The notes under the pieces are model-generated. The model worked only from the letters and a program-made list of their open reading frames with translations, did not search any database and had not been told where the DNA came from. Of a stretch of DNA of 64,000 bases, positions 48,395 to 64,000 are shown piece by piece. Positions within the stretch are counted from its first letter, which is position 1. Every line of letters begins with the position of its first letter. A program made the translations under genes and the position numbers. Source of the DNA: the human T2T-CHM13v2.0 reference genome, Homo sapiens. The DNA lies in the NCBI RefSeq assembly GCF_009914755.1, contig NC_060939.1; one strand, given 5' to 3'.

Positions 48395-50205
48395 CTACAT
48401 GGTCAATTAGCAGTATAAGGGAGCTATTATATTTGTGAGTGACAGAAATGTTTTTCTTTTTGATTGCTGTGATGGTTATAAAGCCGTATATATGTGCCAA
48501 ATGCATCAAATTGCCCACTTAGAGAATTTTAATGTACGTAAATTATATCCCAAGAAAGCAGATTTAAAAATCAAGCAGGAATGAAAGAAAGTAGACAGGG
48601 TATTCAGAGAAAGAGAAATCTGAAAGCATAAAAACAGGACATTGCAGCCGCCAAGATTCATACAAGAACTTCCAGGAAGACAGAGGCAATTGAGTAACAG
48701 CATATTAGAATATGAGGCATTACAGGTGGAAAAAGAATAAAGGAATTACAGAAGACCTTAAAAAACTAAAATCACACCAAATGGGGAAAACAAACAGGCC
48801 AAGTGATTTTTCTCTTCTTTACCTAAAATGTCATGTCATCCTAATACATAGGCAGTGCCATATATCTACTGGCAAACACAATGGACCATTTGGGGGACTT
48901 CACCATGGTGCCCACAGAAAGCCAGGCTACCATGGTACTTCTTAATTTACACATACTGTATTTTCAACAAATAAACAACAAATAAAATGCCTAGATTAGA
49001 AGTGGATTATGTGTCTAATTCCTCCAAAAATAACATGATTTAAGGATATCACATGTTCCTATCTAGTTAAAAAAAAAGTTAACTTTTTTTTCCTAGGAAA
49101 GTTAAAAAAAAAAAGGTGGGGGGAATATCAGAAGAAAATGATGGGGATCCAAATAATACAAACAATTACATAAATTGGAAAAAAATGCATTTACTCAAAA
49201 CTAAAGTGACCCAGTAGTACTTACAGCAAGCATGGCTAGAAAAAAAATACTGAGAAAAATACTTATTTTCTGACCATGTCGTGTCATGACTTTTTCCCAA
49301 AAAGTGAGAAATTTTGCAAAAAGATGCAGTATACCCAATGCACAAATTTATATTACTATAGATAAATTTAAACCATGAATAATAATCATCTAAAAAAGTA
49401 CATTATAAAAGAAAACCCCAAGGTTTAATGGTACAGAATAGATACTCCAAGTCTCCATCCATATAAGAGATTACACATTATAAGCAAAAGGGGGAAATTA
49501 GAGGAGACAGATTAGACCATTCTCATCAAACAGAGTCATAGTGGTTAAAGCAGAAAATGACCGGAAAAACAGAAACACTGTACTTACCAAAACCTTACAG
49601 TTAGAAAGTAGAGAGTGGTAAGAGCCATAAAGGGAAAAAAAAAAGCTGACTGCTTGAACTTTAGTAAAAATCATGGAACATGACAAACGAGGGAAGTATG
49701 AAGAAAACATCTAAAAGCTGTCAATCTAATCAATGGTTTTCTAGTCAAGATTGTGTAAAATAACCTTTGCCTAAAAGGTTGTTGATATGATACTAGCATC
49801 CCTATCCATCCCTGGGTTAGATGCGGAAAAAAAATAATAATAAGTGAAAATGAACAGGTTGCTCTAGTAGCCTCTCGAAGTCCATAGAAATTCATGGAGT
49901 TCCCAGATCATTTTACAGAAAAACATCAAAATTTAGAAGAGTGTAAATATGTATAATGAATGAAGGTGCCGGCCAGTCCAATCATTGCTTATGCAATGGA
50001 CATTTTTCTGGAAGTTATCAAAAGATGTCAAGAGTCTGCAAGAGAAATGGGGTAAGAGATGCAAGGGCAAAATTCAAAAGTACAAAAAAAACAAAAAAGG
50101 TGAAAATTAAATACAACTGAATTGAAAAAGCAAAACTGATTGATGAGTCAAGAATGATTATTTGTCGTCCTTGGTGGTAGAAACAAAATGAAAATAAGTG
50201 AAGTA

Positions 50206-50532
50206 GGCCAGGCAAGGCTCAAGCCTGTAATCCTAGCACTTTGGGAGGGCAAGGCGGGCAGATCACCTCAGGTCAGGGGTTTGAGATCAGCCTGGCCAAG
50301 ATGGTGAAACCCTGTCACTACTAAAAATGCAAAAATTATCTGGGCATGGTGATGCATGCATGTAAGCCCAGCTACTTCGCAAGCTGAGGCAGGAGAATTG
50401 CTTGAACCCAGGAGGCGGAGGTTGCAGTAAGCCAGATCGTGCCAGATACCCAGCCTGGGCAACAGGGTAAGACTCCATCAAAAACAGAAGGGAGGGGAGG
50501 GGAGGGGAAGAAGAGACAGAGAGAGAAAGAAA
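50206..50532 (+). mobile_element. AluSx-type with GA-converted tail
   Basis: Full dimer; 16-bp TSD gaaaataagtgaa(g/a)ta. Confidence 0.92.
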
Positions 50533-50771
50533 GAAAATAAGTGAAATAGAAAGGGAAGTATATTCATAGGAAATTTATTGGCTGATAGAAAATGTGAATA
50601 TGTCCTGGTGTCCCTTTTATTCTTATACTCTAGTTGTGGGACAGCTCTTAGCCACAGGGTCCCTTTTCATTGCCCTATCAAAAAACACAGTACCCTTGAC
50701 CAGAAGATTCATTGTGTATCTGTAACTGGAGAAAGGAAGTTTGGGCAAAATCAGTGCAGAGGAGTTCAATG

Positions 50772-50850
50772 TCTGTATAAAAACATCACAGGTACCTCAT
50801 AAGTATATATACCTACTATGTGTCCATAAAAATTAAAAAAAAATTAAAAA
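50772..50850 (+). mobile_element. Very short L1MA 3' tip
   Basis: aaacatcacaggtacctcataagtatatatacctactatgtgtccataaaaattaaaaa. Confidence 0.65.
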
Positions 50851-51415
50851 GCATTTTACAAAAAGCAGGAGATGGTAACAATTGTAGTTCTTGCTCTAGA
50901 TTTTACCCATCAGTTTTGAAAAACTAGTAGAAAGATTTCTGTCTAATGAGGAAACATTTTTCAAATAAAACTAGACAACACGCAAAAGGGAAAATGACGG
51001 TATGGTTGCAGATGAAGCCTGAAGATTTAGAAAGAAAAAGAGCAGAGGATTAAACAAAGAAATCTTAAAGGAGATTTTTTTTAACACTCATAAAATACAT
51101 ATTGATTATAATGATCTTAGCAACTGAAGGAAATTTAAGAGAGTTCACAGCAGGGATGTCACATGGAATATCTTGCTTTGAATATTCTAGTCCAAACCAG
51201 AACAAAATTCTGAGTTTATGAGATGAGAAGAGAGCACACCTTCAAGAGAAAAGACTGGGGAAGTGGCATGCCAAAGCATTAAAAATCTGAAGACAACAAT
51301 TAAAGATGAATCTGCTGAGACTATGGAAGGGGAAAAAAGCATCCAATTCTCAGCAGTAATAAATAGCTTATGGGGAGGTTCTTACTTTCATCTCATTGAT
51401 ATTAATAGTATATCA

Positions 51416-51703
51416 GGCCAGACGCAGTGGCTTACGCCTGTAATCCCAACACTTCGGGAGGCCGAGGTGGGTAGATCACGAGGTCAGGAGCTTGAGACCA
51501 GCCTGGCCAACATGGTAAAACCCCATCTCTACTAAAAATACAAAAATTAGCCAGGTGTGGGGGCGGGCCCCTGTAATCCCAGCTACTCAGGGGTCTGAGG
51601 TAGGAGAATTGCTTGAATGGAAGGCAGAGGTTGCAGTGAGCCAAGATAGCGCCACTGCACTTCAGCCTGGGTGAAAGAGTGAAATCCTGTCTCAAAATAA
51701 TCA
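51416..51703 (+). mobile_element. AluSg-type
   Basis: gatcacgaggtcaggag; TSD-like aatagtatatca / aataataatatca. Confidence 0.9.
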
Positions 51704-52800
51704 TAATAATAATATCAATAATTAAAATTCCGTAAGTTAGAGAACGTCCAGAATTCCTCACTCTTAACATGTAAGGAATTACATATGTATATATGCTAAG
51801 AGGACCTGGTAGTTAAGGGGTATAAAAAAGTAAAGAGGTGAACAGAGTGAGGTGTCAGAACATCTTTATTACACATCTTACAAAAGTTCTTTTTGTTCCT
51901 TTTGTTCACTATTATAACCTCAAGACCTAGATAAATGCCTGAATAAGTTTCTACTCAACGAATTAACAAACAAAAGAAAAAGTTTAATAAATGAACTTGA
52001 CTTTTTCTGGTGATCATATCAGTAATATTAAAAATATATATATTCTTTTACTAAAAATAAAACCCCAGGAATTACAATGTTGGCAACTTGGCAACAGCAT
52101 AAATGCAGATATGAATATGTAAAAGTTACCAGAGAAGAAATCAAGAAGGTTAGAGACATTACCAAAAAGAGGAAGATAAAAACATAGGAGGAAAAATATC
52201 AACATTTGGGGATCATGGATTTCATTAGAATCCAAAATACATTGTTTATGAGTAAGTTGGAGTGAGAGAATTATAAGAGGTGTGTAAAGAAATTTAAAAT
52301 AAATAAGCCAAGATTAAATGGGCCACTTCGTGAGACACTGTATTCTCTGCATTCTCTGTGCCAGAAGAATTTGTCTAGCCAAGGATAAGCCAATGATCTT
52401 GGTGAGAAATTACAGCAGGACTACAGAGGAGCAAAAGATTTGGAGAGTGGAAGCACGAGATGATACCTACATTACCTTTCAGCCTAGATTCTAGGTTTTG
52501 TTCTTAAATATTAGTATGCTTTTTACATTAAAGCAGAAAACAGAAGCATAAGAAAATGAGATCTTTGTGTTGTGCTGAGCCCATTTCTCTCTAGAATAAA
52601 AGGCAACTGCTTGTTGTTTTAATACAGATTTTTTAAAAAGGAATAAAGGAAGCATAGATAGGGTGACTGCATGTTAATAAACAATGCTGAATGTATTTTT
52701 TTCCAGAACCACCATACAGACCAAGGATCGGAAAGACAAGTTTGAGTTTGCAAGATGCCTTTGCTCAAAAATATCTTTTCTCACGGTTAACAGTCATAAC

Positions 52801-53185
52801 TGATAGAGACAGGAGGCAGCCAAGGGTTCCCAGTGAAACCCTGCCTTCAAGCATAAAAAAGCCTGAAGGCTGAAAACTCAGACTGCTGGTCCCAGATGAA
52901 GCTGGCCCTTTCCCAACTGTTTCTGTATAATGACCACCTGAGCACTCCTGGACAGAGTGGAACCTCGGGAAGCTCTCACTGTTTGCAGAGGGGAAGAGCC
53001 TGGCCTCTCCTGTTCCTGTGTGGTGACCTGGGATTCAAACTGCCAGCAGGATTCTCTCTCACTTGGCTGAGAGTTATTTTTCCTTTTTCCTTTTCACCCA
53101 ATAAATACTGCTCCTCAGCCTTCTATGTGTCGGTGAGCCTAATCTTTCCTGGTCATATGACAAGAACCTGGTTATTTCTATGACA
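52801..53185 (+). mobile_element. ERV1 (MER4-group; MER83/MER84/LTR29-like) solo LTR
   Basis: TG...CA termini (tgatagagacaggagg...tgaca), AATAAA at 53100, 4-bp TSD taac on both sides. Confidence 0.85.
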
Positions 53186-53759
53186 TAACCATATCTTAGT
53201 TAATTTATCTCAAATTCAGTTATCTGTAGGAATGGGTTATAAGGCCTAGAGTTTGGCAGTATAAAAACCTATCAGTAATTTACCTCTTATTTTTATCTTA
53301 CTTCCAAATTAATATATTGGCTATGAGAATGAGAGATTTCATGGGGTTATATGAAAGACATTTGATATCTTTGGTGTAGGATAGAAGAGCATTTGAAGGA
53401 AAACAGTAATTAACAGAGTTTGGACCTCAAAACATAAACTGACCAACCTGAAATTTTGTCTAGAACTCTAGTTATACCCAACACACAGATGAATAGTGAT
53501 ATTAAGACCAGTTTGGAAGACAAAATCCCTAGATTTCTTAATTTTACTTAGCTTTCCCAGTTTAAATTTACTTACCCAAACTTACAATTCCAGAGCAGTG
53601 TATCACCATCCTTTTCCTGACTTTTATTTATTTGGGGTAGGATATATTGACATCCACAGAGAGGAGTAAATGATAATGATAAAATAATTAACACTTCTTG
53701 AATACTTACCTTTTCTCAGGCTTGTGGTTAGGGTCATGCATACAATTTTTTTTAACTTC

Positions 53760-54255
53760 ACCCATCAAACACTACATAATCTGCATCTTGTCTCCCTTTC
53801 CAAACTAGCCCCCTTCCATTCTTTCTCTAGCCAACTATGCTGCAGCCAAACTGACTTTTCAGTTGCTCAAATACATCAAGCTTATTTCACTTCAGGGCTC
53901 ACACTTGAAGTTTGCTTTAACTAGAATATGCTTCTTCTCTTCTACCTGGCCTTCTCAAAGCTGATTTTTTCGGGGGAAGATGGAGTCATTCAGTTTCTAG
54001 TCAAAAGTAACCTACTGCCCACACACTGTAAAACAATCCCCACCTGACTTCATTAATTCTGTATTCTTACCCCACTTTTTCTTCAAGGCACTTACTACCT
54101 GAAGTTACCTTAATTTTTCTCCATGTTTATATCTGTCTCTTCCCAGTAAAATGCATGCTTTGCAAGGGCAAGGGACAGCTTCTCCCTTGTTCACTCCTGT
54201 ATTACTAACACCTTTATTACTGACTATGGATGCTCAAATTCATTTTTTGAATGAA
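53760..54255 (+). mobile_element. L2a 3' portion, nested in a MIR
   Basis: ctatgctgcagccaaactgact...gggcaagggacag..cttgttcact.ctgtatt...gatgctcaaatt..ttttgaatgaa; MIR-like sequence on both sides. Confidence 0.7.
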
Positions 54256-54619
54256 AAAGTATATTCATGATCTTTACAACAATAGTATGAAAATGATGCT
54301 TTTTACATTACAAAGTAATGAGCTACAGAAAGCAGTTAAGTAAGCTTACCAGTGTCACTAGATAATTAGTGGCAAACCATTTCCTTATAGTATCCTCTGG
54401 CTACAAGTAAAAGCTTCTATGTTCATCACAACACTCAGTCTCTTCACATCCCTTGACTCATATTTTTTCAAATGATAAAGAAATGTATTTAATGACTAAA
54501 ATGCAACTACCCAATTTGAGAATGTTTATTTGGCTATCATAATATAAACATGTAGAACCAGGAATAACAACAGTTAGATGATTATCCTTACACCTTTTTA
54601 ATAAGAGTGGGCTGAGGTG

Positions 54620-55730
54620 TTCTACTGCCTCTAATATAAAGCAGCAGGAAGTATGACTGTCATCCTAACAAGAAGAAAAAGCTGGGAAATCTACAAAATC
54701 ATAACTTTCCTTAAACCTATCAGAGAGCTGAGGTTTCAGAACAATTATGTGAACTGAGTTTCAAAAGGTAGACAGGACACCTGAACTGTTTCACTTTTGA
54801 CAAAACACATGAGAAAGAGGCAAGTGCCATTAAAAAAAAAAACAAGAAAGAAGAAACAAGCAAAATAACTAATTAATTCTTAAAGGCTGACTGTGGATTC
54901 ATGTGACAGACAGTTTGAGATCCCTGGAAGCTCAGACACAAGGGTATGTCTACGTTCACTTACAAGTTCTTTTCCATAAGCCACCACCAGGCACTCTCAA
55001 AAAAGACTTGATTCAAAGAAGGAGATCCAAGAAAGAACCACTTCGTGGTGCACAGACATAAAATATGCCCATTCTCTGAGCCATCCTTTCTATGACACAA
55101 AAGACAAGCCATGGGAGAGGGTTAGAAAATCCTATTGCCCTAGCAGCCAGAAAGAATAGTAGCAAAATTGTCTGCTGCTGAGGGAGGGGTAGGAATGTGG
55201 AGAGAGACCCCCATTATGCCCAGATATGCAGATGGAGCACGAACTTTGAGAAAAACTTTGCGGTACCCCAACCCCTAAACGAAACACAAGGCAGAGGCAG
55301 CCCACTGCTGTAAGCATTTGAAGGCTGTGGTGCACTGAATATAACAACAAAATATCCCAGCTCAATCACTTACTAAATTGACTCAACTCCCACATCCATG
55401 ACCTAAAGAAGGGGTGGCCCATTTCCAGGCATAAATATTATTCACCTCAGTCTCTACCATTCTTCTATACAATGTTTGACCTCTAACTGAAAAGTATCAG
55501 AAACACAAAAAGACTAGAATAAAAACAGCATTTTAGTGAAACATCAGTTAAAAGAACTAGAGCCAGAGATGACTTGGATGTTAGAACTTTCAGATCAACA
55601 AAAAAATCTATGATTGAGATTTTAAATAATCTAGAAGAAAAGAAAGGCAATATGCAATAACAGATGAGAAATCTCATCAGAGACATAAAATATATGAAAC
55701 AAGGAGTCTAATGGAATGCTGGAAATGTGA
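54620..55730 (+). mobile_element. Old L1M (L1M4/MC/MD-type) 5' region fragment
   Basis: gaaaaagctgggaaatctacaaaatcataactttcctt..acctatcagagagctgagg; ORF1-start-like aaaaggcaatatgcaataacagatgagaaat. Confidence 0.55.
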
Positions 55731-56039
55731 ATAGACTCTTTAGCTTTTAAATTTTCACTAGCCAAAAGAAAATTCTAAAGCTATATATGTATACTCTGAT
55801 TTTTACATATCTTTAATTATATAGAACAAATATCATGTGCTAAACTTAGACTTAATCCAAGTTTTAAAAACAAGTGACTTCCTGTCTGATACTGCTGTTT
55901 ATCTCAGTCACCAAGAGAAGTGAACTAGCACCCCATCAACTCTTCCACTATCATATAGATTCTTACAGTTCCGATAGTTTGTACATTCCCTTCCTTCAAA
56001 TCCCTTTTCCTGAGACCTTCAGGAACAGTCATACTATAC

Positions 56040-56220
56040 CTTGCTTCAGCTATTCACTGTTTGTGTAGATCTGAACAAGGTAATTTACCTTTCTGAACTT
56101 TAATTTCTTTATCAGTAATAGAAAAAGAATAACAATTACCAGGTCACAAATATGTTAGAATTATAAGTAATATACATCAAATGTATGCTATACAGAAGAC
56201 ACCCAATAAGTGGTGGCCAC
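56040..56220 (+). mobile_element. MIR
   Basis: tgtgtagatctgaacaagg.aatttacctttctgaactttaatttctttatc.gtaa. Confidence 0.55.
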
Positions 56221-56480
56221 CATTAATATAATTTGGTGCTTGTGTGCATAGCATAGCCATCCTTATATCTGAAAATGGGGGAGAGTTGCTCAGGTGTCTC
56301 TAGTGCACTTATTTATCTATAATGGATACAAACAATATTTGTCAGGAGTCAGAACCAGATCCTCCTTAATCCAGATCAACATAATTGGAAGAGTCACATC
56401 AGACTTCTGAACCCTGGTTTCCTCAAATGTAAAATGATCAAGCCAGATCATCTCCAGGTTCTCTTGAAATCCTAAAATTC

Positions 56481-57512
56481 GGGGGAGAAGGAGCCAAGAT
56501 GGCTGAATAGGAACAGTTCCCATCTACAGCTCCCAGCGTGAGAGACGCAGAAGACGGGTGATTTCTGCATTTCCAACTGAGGTACCGGGTTCTTCTCACT
56601 GGGGAGTGCCAGAAAGTAGGTGCAGGACAGTGGGTGCAGCGCACCATACACAAGCCGAAGCAGGGCGAGGCATTGCCACCCAGGAAGCACAAGGGGTCAG
56701 GGAATTCCCTTTCCTAGTCAAAGAAAGGGGTGACAGATGGCACCTGGAAAATCGGTTCACTCCCACCCTACTACTGTGCTTTTCCAACGGGCTTAAAAAA
56801 CGGTACACCAGGAGATTATATCCCACACCTAGCTCGGACAGTCCTATGCCCACGAAGCCTCCCTCATTGCTAGCACAGCAGTCCGAGATCAAACTGCAAG
56901 GCAGCAGCGAGGCTGGGGGAGGGTCACCTGCCACTGCCAAGTTAGTTGTTTGATTAGGTAAACAAAGCGGCCGGGAAGCTCCAACTGGGTGGAGCCCACC
57001 ACAGCTCAAGAAGGCCTGTCTGCCTCTGTAGGCTCCACCTCTGGGGGCAGGGCACAAACAAAAAGACAGCAGTAACCTCTGCAGACTTAAACGTCCCTCT
57101 CTGACAGCTTTGAAGAGAGCAGTGGTTCTCCCAACACGCAGCTTGAGATCTGAGAACCGGCAGACTGCCTCCTCAAATGGGTCCCTGACCCCCGAGTAGC
57201 CTAACTGGGAGGCACCCCCCAGTAGGGGTGGACTGACACCTCATACAGCCGGGTACTCCTCTGAGACAAAACTTCCAGAGGAACGATCAGGCAGCAGCAT
57301 CTGCGGTTCACCAATATCCGCTGTTATGCACCCACCGCTGCTGATACCCAGGCAAACAGGGTCTGGAGTGGACATCTAGCAAACTCCAACAGACCTGCAG
57401 CTGAGGGTCCTGTCTGTCAGAAGGAAAACTAACAAACAGAAAGGACATCCACACCAAAAATGCATCTGTACATCACCATCACCAAAGACCAAAAGTAGAT
57501 AAAACCACAAAG
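56481..57512 (+). promoter_or_regulatory. L1 5'UTR (internal sense promoter, antisense promoter, YY1 motif)
   Basis: YY1 core aagatggc intact near 56497; CpGs partly decayed. Confidence 0.75.
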
Positions 57513-58532
57513 ATGGGGAAAAAACAGAGCAGAAAAACTGGAAACTCTAAAAATCAGAGCACCTCTCCTCGTCCAAAGGAACGCAGCTCCTCACCAGCAA
57601 TGGAACAAAGCTGGATGGAAAATGACTTTGATGACTTCAGAGAAGAAGGCTTCAGACGATCAAACTACTCCGAGCTACAGGAAGAAATTCGAACGAATTG
57701 CAAAGAAGTTAAAAGCTTTGAAAAAAAATTAGACAAATAGATAACTAGAATAACCAGTGCAGAGAAGTCCTTAAAGGACCTGATGAAGCTGAAAACCAAG
57801 GCATGAGAGCTACATGACGAATGCAGAAGACTCAGTAGCTGATGCGATCAACTGGAAGAAAGGGTATCAGTGATAGAAGATGAAATGAATGAAATGAAGT
57901 GAAAAGAGAAGTCTAGAGAAGAAAGAATAAAAAGAAATGAACAAAGCCTCCAAGAAATGTGGGACTGTGTGAAAAGACCAAATCTACATCTGATTGGTGT
58001 ACCTGAAAGTGACGGGGAGAATGGAACCAAGTTGGAAAACACTCTGCAGGATATTATTCAGGAGAACTTTCCCAATCTAGCAAGGCAGGCCAACATTCAA
58101 ATTCAGGAAATACAGAGAACCCCACAAAGATACTCCTCGGGGAAGAGCAATTCCAAGACACATAACTGTCAGATTCACCAAAGTTGAAATGAAGGGAAAA
58201 AAATGTTAAGGGCAGCCACAGAGAAAGGTCGGGTTACCCACAAAGGGAAGCCAATCAGACTAACAGCGGATCTCTTGGCAGAAACTCTACAAGCCAGAAG
58301 AGAGTGGGGGCCAATATTCAACATTCTTAAAGAAAAGAATTTTCAACCCAGAATTTCATATCCAGCCAAACTAAGCTTCATAAGTGAAGGAGAAATAAAA
58401 TACTTTACAGACAAGCAAATGCTGAGAGATTTTGTCACCACCAGGCCTGCCCTAAAAGAGCTCCTGAAGGAAGCACTAAACATAGAAAGGAACAACCGGT
58501 ACCAGCCACTGCACAAACATGCCAAATTGTAA
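57513..58532 (+). pseudogene. L1 ORF1p, disrupted
   Basis: MGKKQSRKTGNSKNQS start; TAG at 57738-57740, further stops and a frameshift near 58140; C-terminal RYQPLHKHAKL*. Confidence 0.92.
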
Positions 58533-58580
58533 ACATCATCCAGGCTAGGAAGAAACTGCATCAATTAACGAGCAAAATAA

Positions 58581-62425
<3,845 letters not shown>

Positions 62426-63426
62426 CAATAAGAACACATGGACACAGGAAGAGGAACATCACACACCAGGGACTGTTGTGGGGTTGGGGGAGTGGGGAGG
62501 GATAGCATTAGGAGATATACCTAATGCTAAATGACGAGTTAATGGGTGCAGCACACCAACATGGCACATGTATACATATGTAACAAACCTGCACATTGTG
62601 CACATGTACCCTAAAACTTGAAGTATAAATAATAATAAAATTTTTAAAAAAAAGCAATCCTAAAATTCTATGATGCTAAGCCTGGAGGAGCTGTTAAACT
62701 GTGATTTTCAGTAAGATAATTAAGGAGGTTTATTTTTCTTTCTAAGCCAATTAGAATGTTTCTTATATCTACCATGAATTAATGTATAATGGAATCAGAA
62801 GATAGGCCAAATTTGACATCTGTCTGTGGAATAACTGAATTAAACGGTACATACATGCCAGCACCTGGAGTTCAGGTACACTCATTTTACCTAACAGCAG
62901 GCAACTGTGTTGTTTTCTTAATCTTTTCAGCTCAAAGTTTTATTTTTGTTTATGTTGAGCTTTTTCTGTGATGTGAATTTTATTTTTCTTTATACAATCA
63001 TAAAGATTTGTGATCATTAACCAATTGCTACCTAATATACACATAATTTCCACTAAATTTCCATCTGTAAAAGTTTGTATTTGTAAAATAATTCTTTAGC
63101 ATCTGGCTTTATTCTAGAACTGTATGTGGCAAGATTAGTAAAACTGAAATGAATCACACATTGGATTAACATGAAACATTTGGTGTTGCCATCAAGAAGG
63201 TTTACTGAGCTGGAAATTAATGTAAAAAAAAGTTCCAAAGAGGGTTGTTTTTAAAACATTTCATGCTTTTTACGTTTCATCATTATGGCTATTGAAAGAC
63301 CTTGGACTAATCCCTCTGTATTTCAGGGTAAGTAATCACAGGAAAATTAACATTATAGAAAAGCCTAAAAATTATTTTTATTACACATATTTCTTTTAAG
63401 GTAAAAAATCAAAATATTCAATAATA

Positions 63427-63781
63427 CAATCAGTCCTTACTTAACACCATCGATAGGTTCTTGAAAACTGTGACTTTAAGCCAAATGATATATAATGAAA
63501 CCAATCTTACCACAGGCTAATTGATATAAATAAGTAAGCTCCTATGCCACATTTCTAATCACAACAGCATCACCAAACCTCTAAATAAAGACTCTAAACG
63601 CCTCTAATATTAAACACTGAAATAACTGTGAGATCAACATACATTTAAGAAGAACTAATAAATTCAAGATAATTATTCATCCAGTTATTCCAGGTCAGGG
63701 TCATGGTGGCTGGAGCCTATCTCAGCAGCTCAAGGGGATAGGGAGGGACCAACTCTGAACAGAACACCATCCCTTCACAAG

Positions 63782-63819
<38 letters not shown>

Positions 63820-64000
63820 GCACTCACTCAGACTGGCATCACTTACACACACCAATGCATCTAACACACACAGGCATTAGGACATGGGAGGAAACCAGAG
63901 TACTCAGAGAAAACTTATGCAGACATAAGGAGAACATGCAAAATCCACAGAGAATGTGGCCCCAGCCAGGAATCTATTTTTTTCTCATCAGTGATATAAC
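63427..64000 (-). mobile_element. MER6/MER6A-type TcMar-Tigger DNA transposon, runs off the window; contains (CA)n at 63787-63817
   Basis: Preceded by TA; caatcagtccttacttaac..cgataggttcttg; V-SINE-like core ggaggaaaccagagtactcagagaaaac..gcagaca..ggagaacatgcaaa.tccaca. Confidence 0.8.

Noticed and set aside
53200-53540. Possible second L3/CR1 relic
   Set aside because: Similarity too weak to support by eye.
63053-63238. 61-aa minus-strand ORF with an acceptor-like site
   Set aside because: Non-ATG start, no convincing donor, no recognisable homology.

Overview
Primate (very likely human or great-ape) AT-rich non-coding DNA. By eye, well over half of it is transposable-element sequence. I recognise no host protein-coding gene, RNA gene or CRISPR array, and nearly all ORFs in the track are L1, Alu or LTR fragments. 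Three long LINE-1s of different ages lie on the + strand: (1) an old L1MA-type element at ~1148-11226, which has lost its 3' end and carries two AluJ and a complete two-LTR MSTA-type MaLR provirus; (2) a full-length L1PB1-type element at ~26117-32180 with a 5'-truncated AluSc; (3) a full-length L1PA4-type element at 56481-62655 with a 13-bp TSD, a broken ORF1, and an ORF2 open for 743 codons but carrying an EN D205N change. Between them are Alus, MIR/L2/CR1 relics, older L1M fragments, solo LTRs and DNA transposons (MER1B, MER5, MER6-type). The most unusual structures are insertion or repair scars: an L1 5'UTR-only fragment beside a long diverged direct repeat, a tail-less internal L1 fragment, a twin-primed (5'-inverted) old L1MA, a fold-back inverted duplication, and several short tandem duplications. 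There is also a possible very decayed RTE-clade LINE and a few candidate splice sites. I found no credible evidence for a new biological system. Subfamily names come from remembered consensus features and need RepeatMasker/Dfam confirmation.
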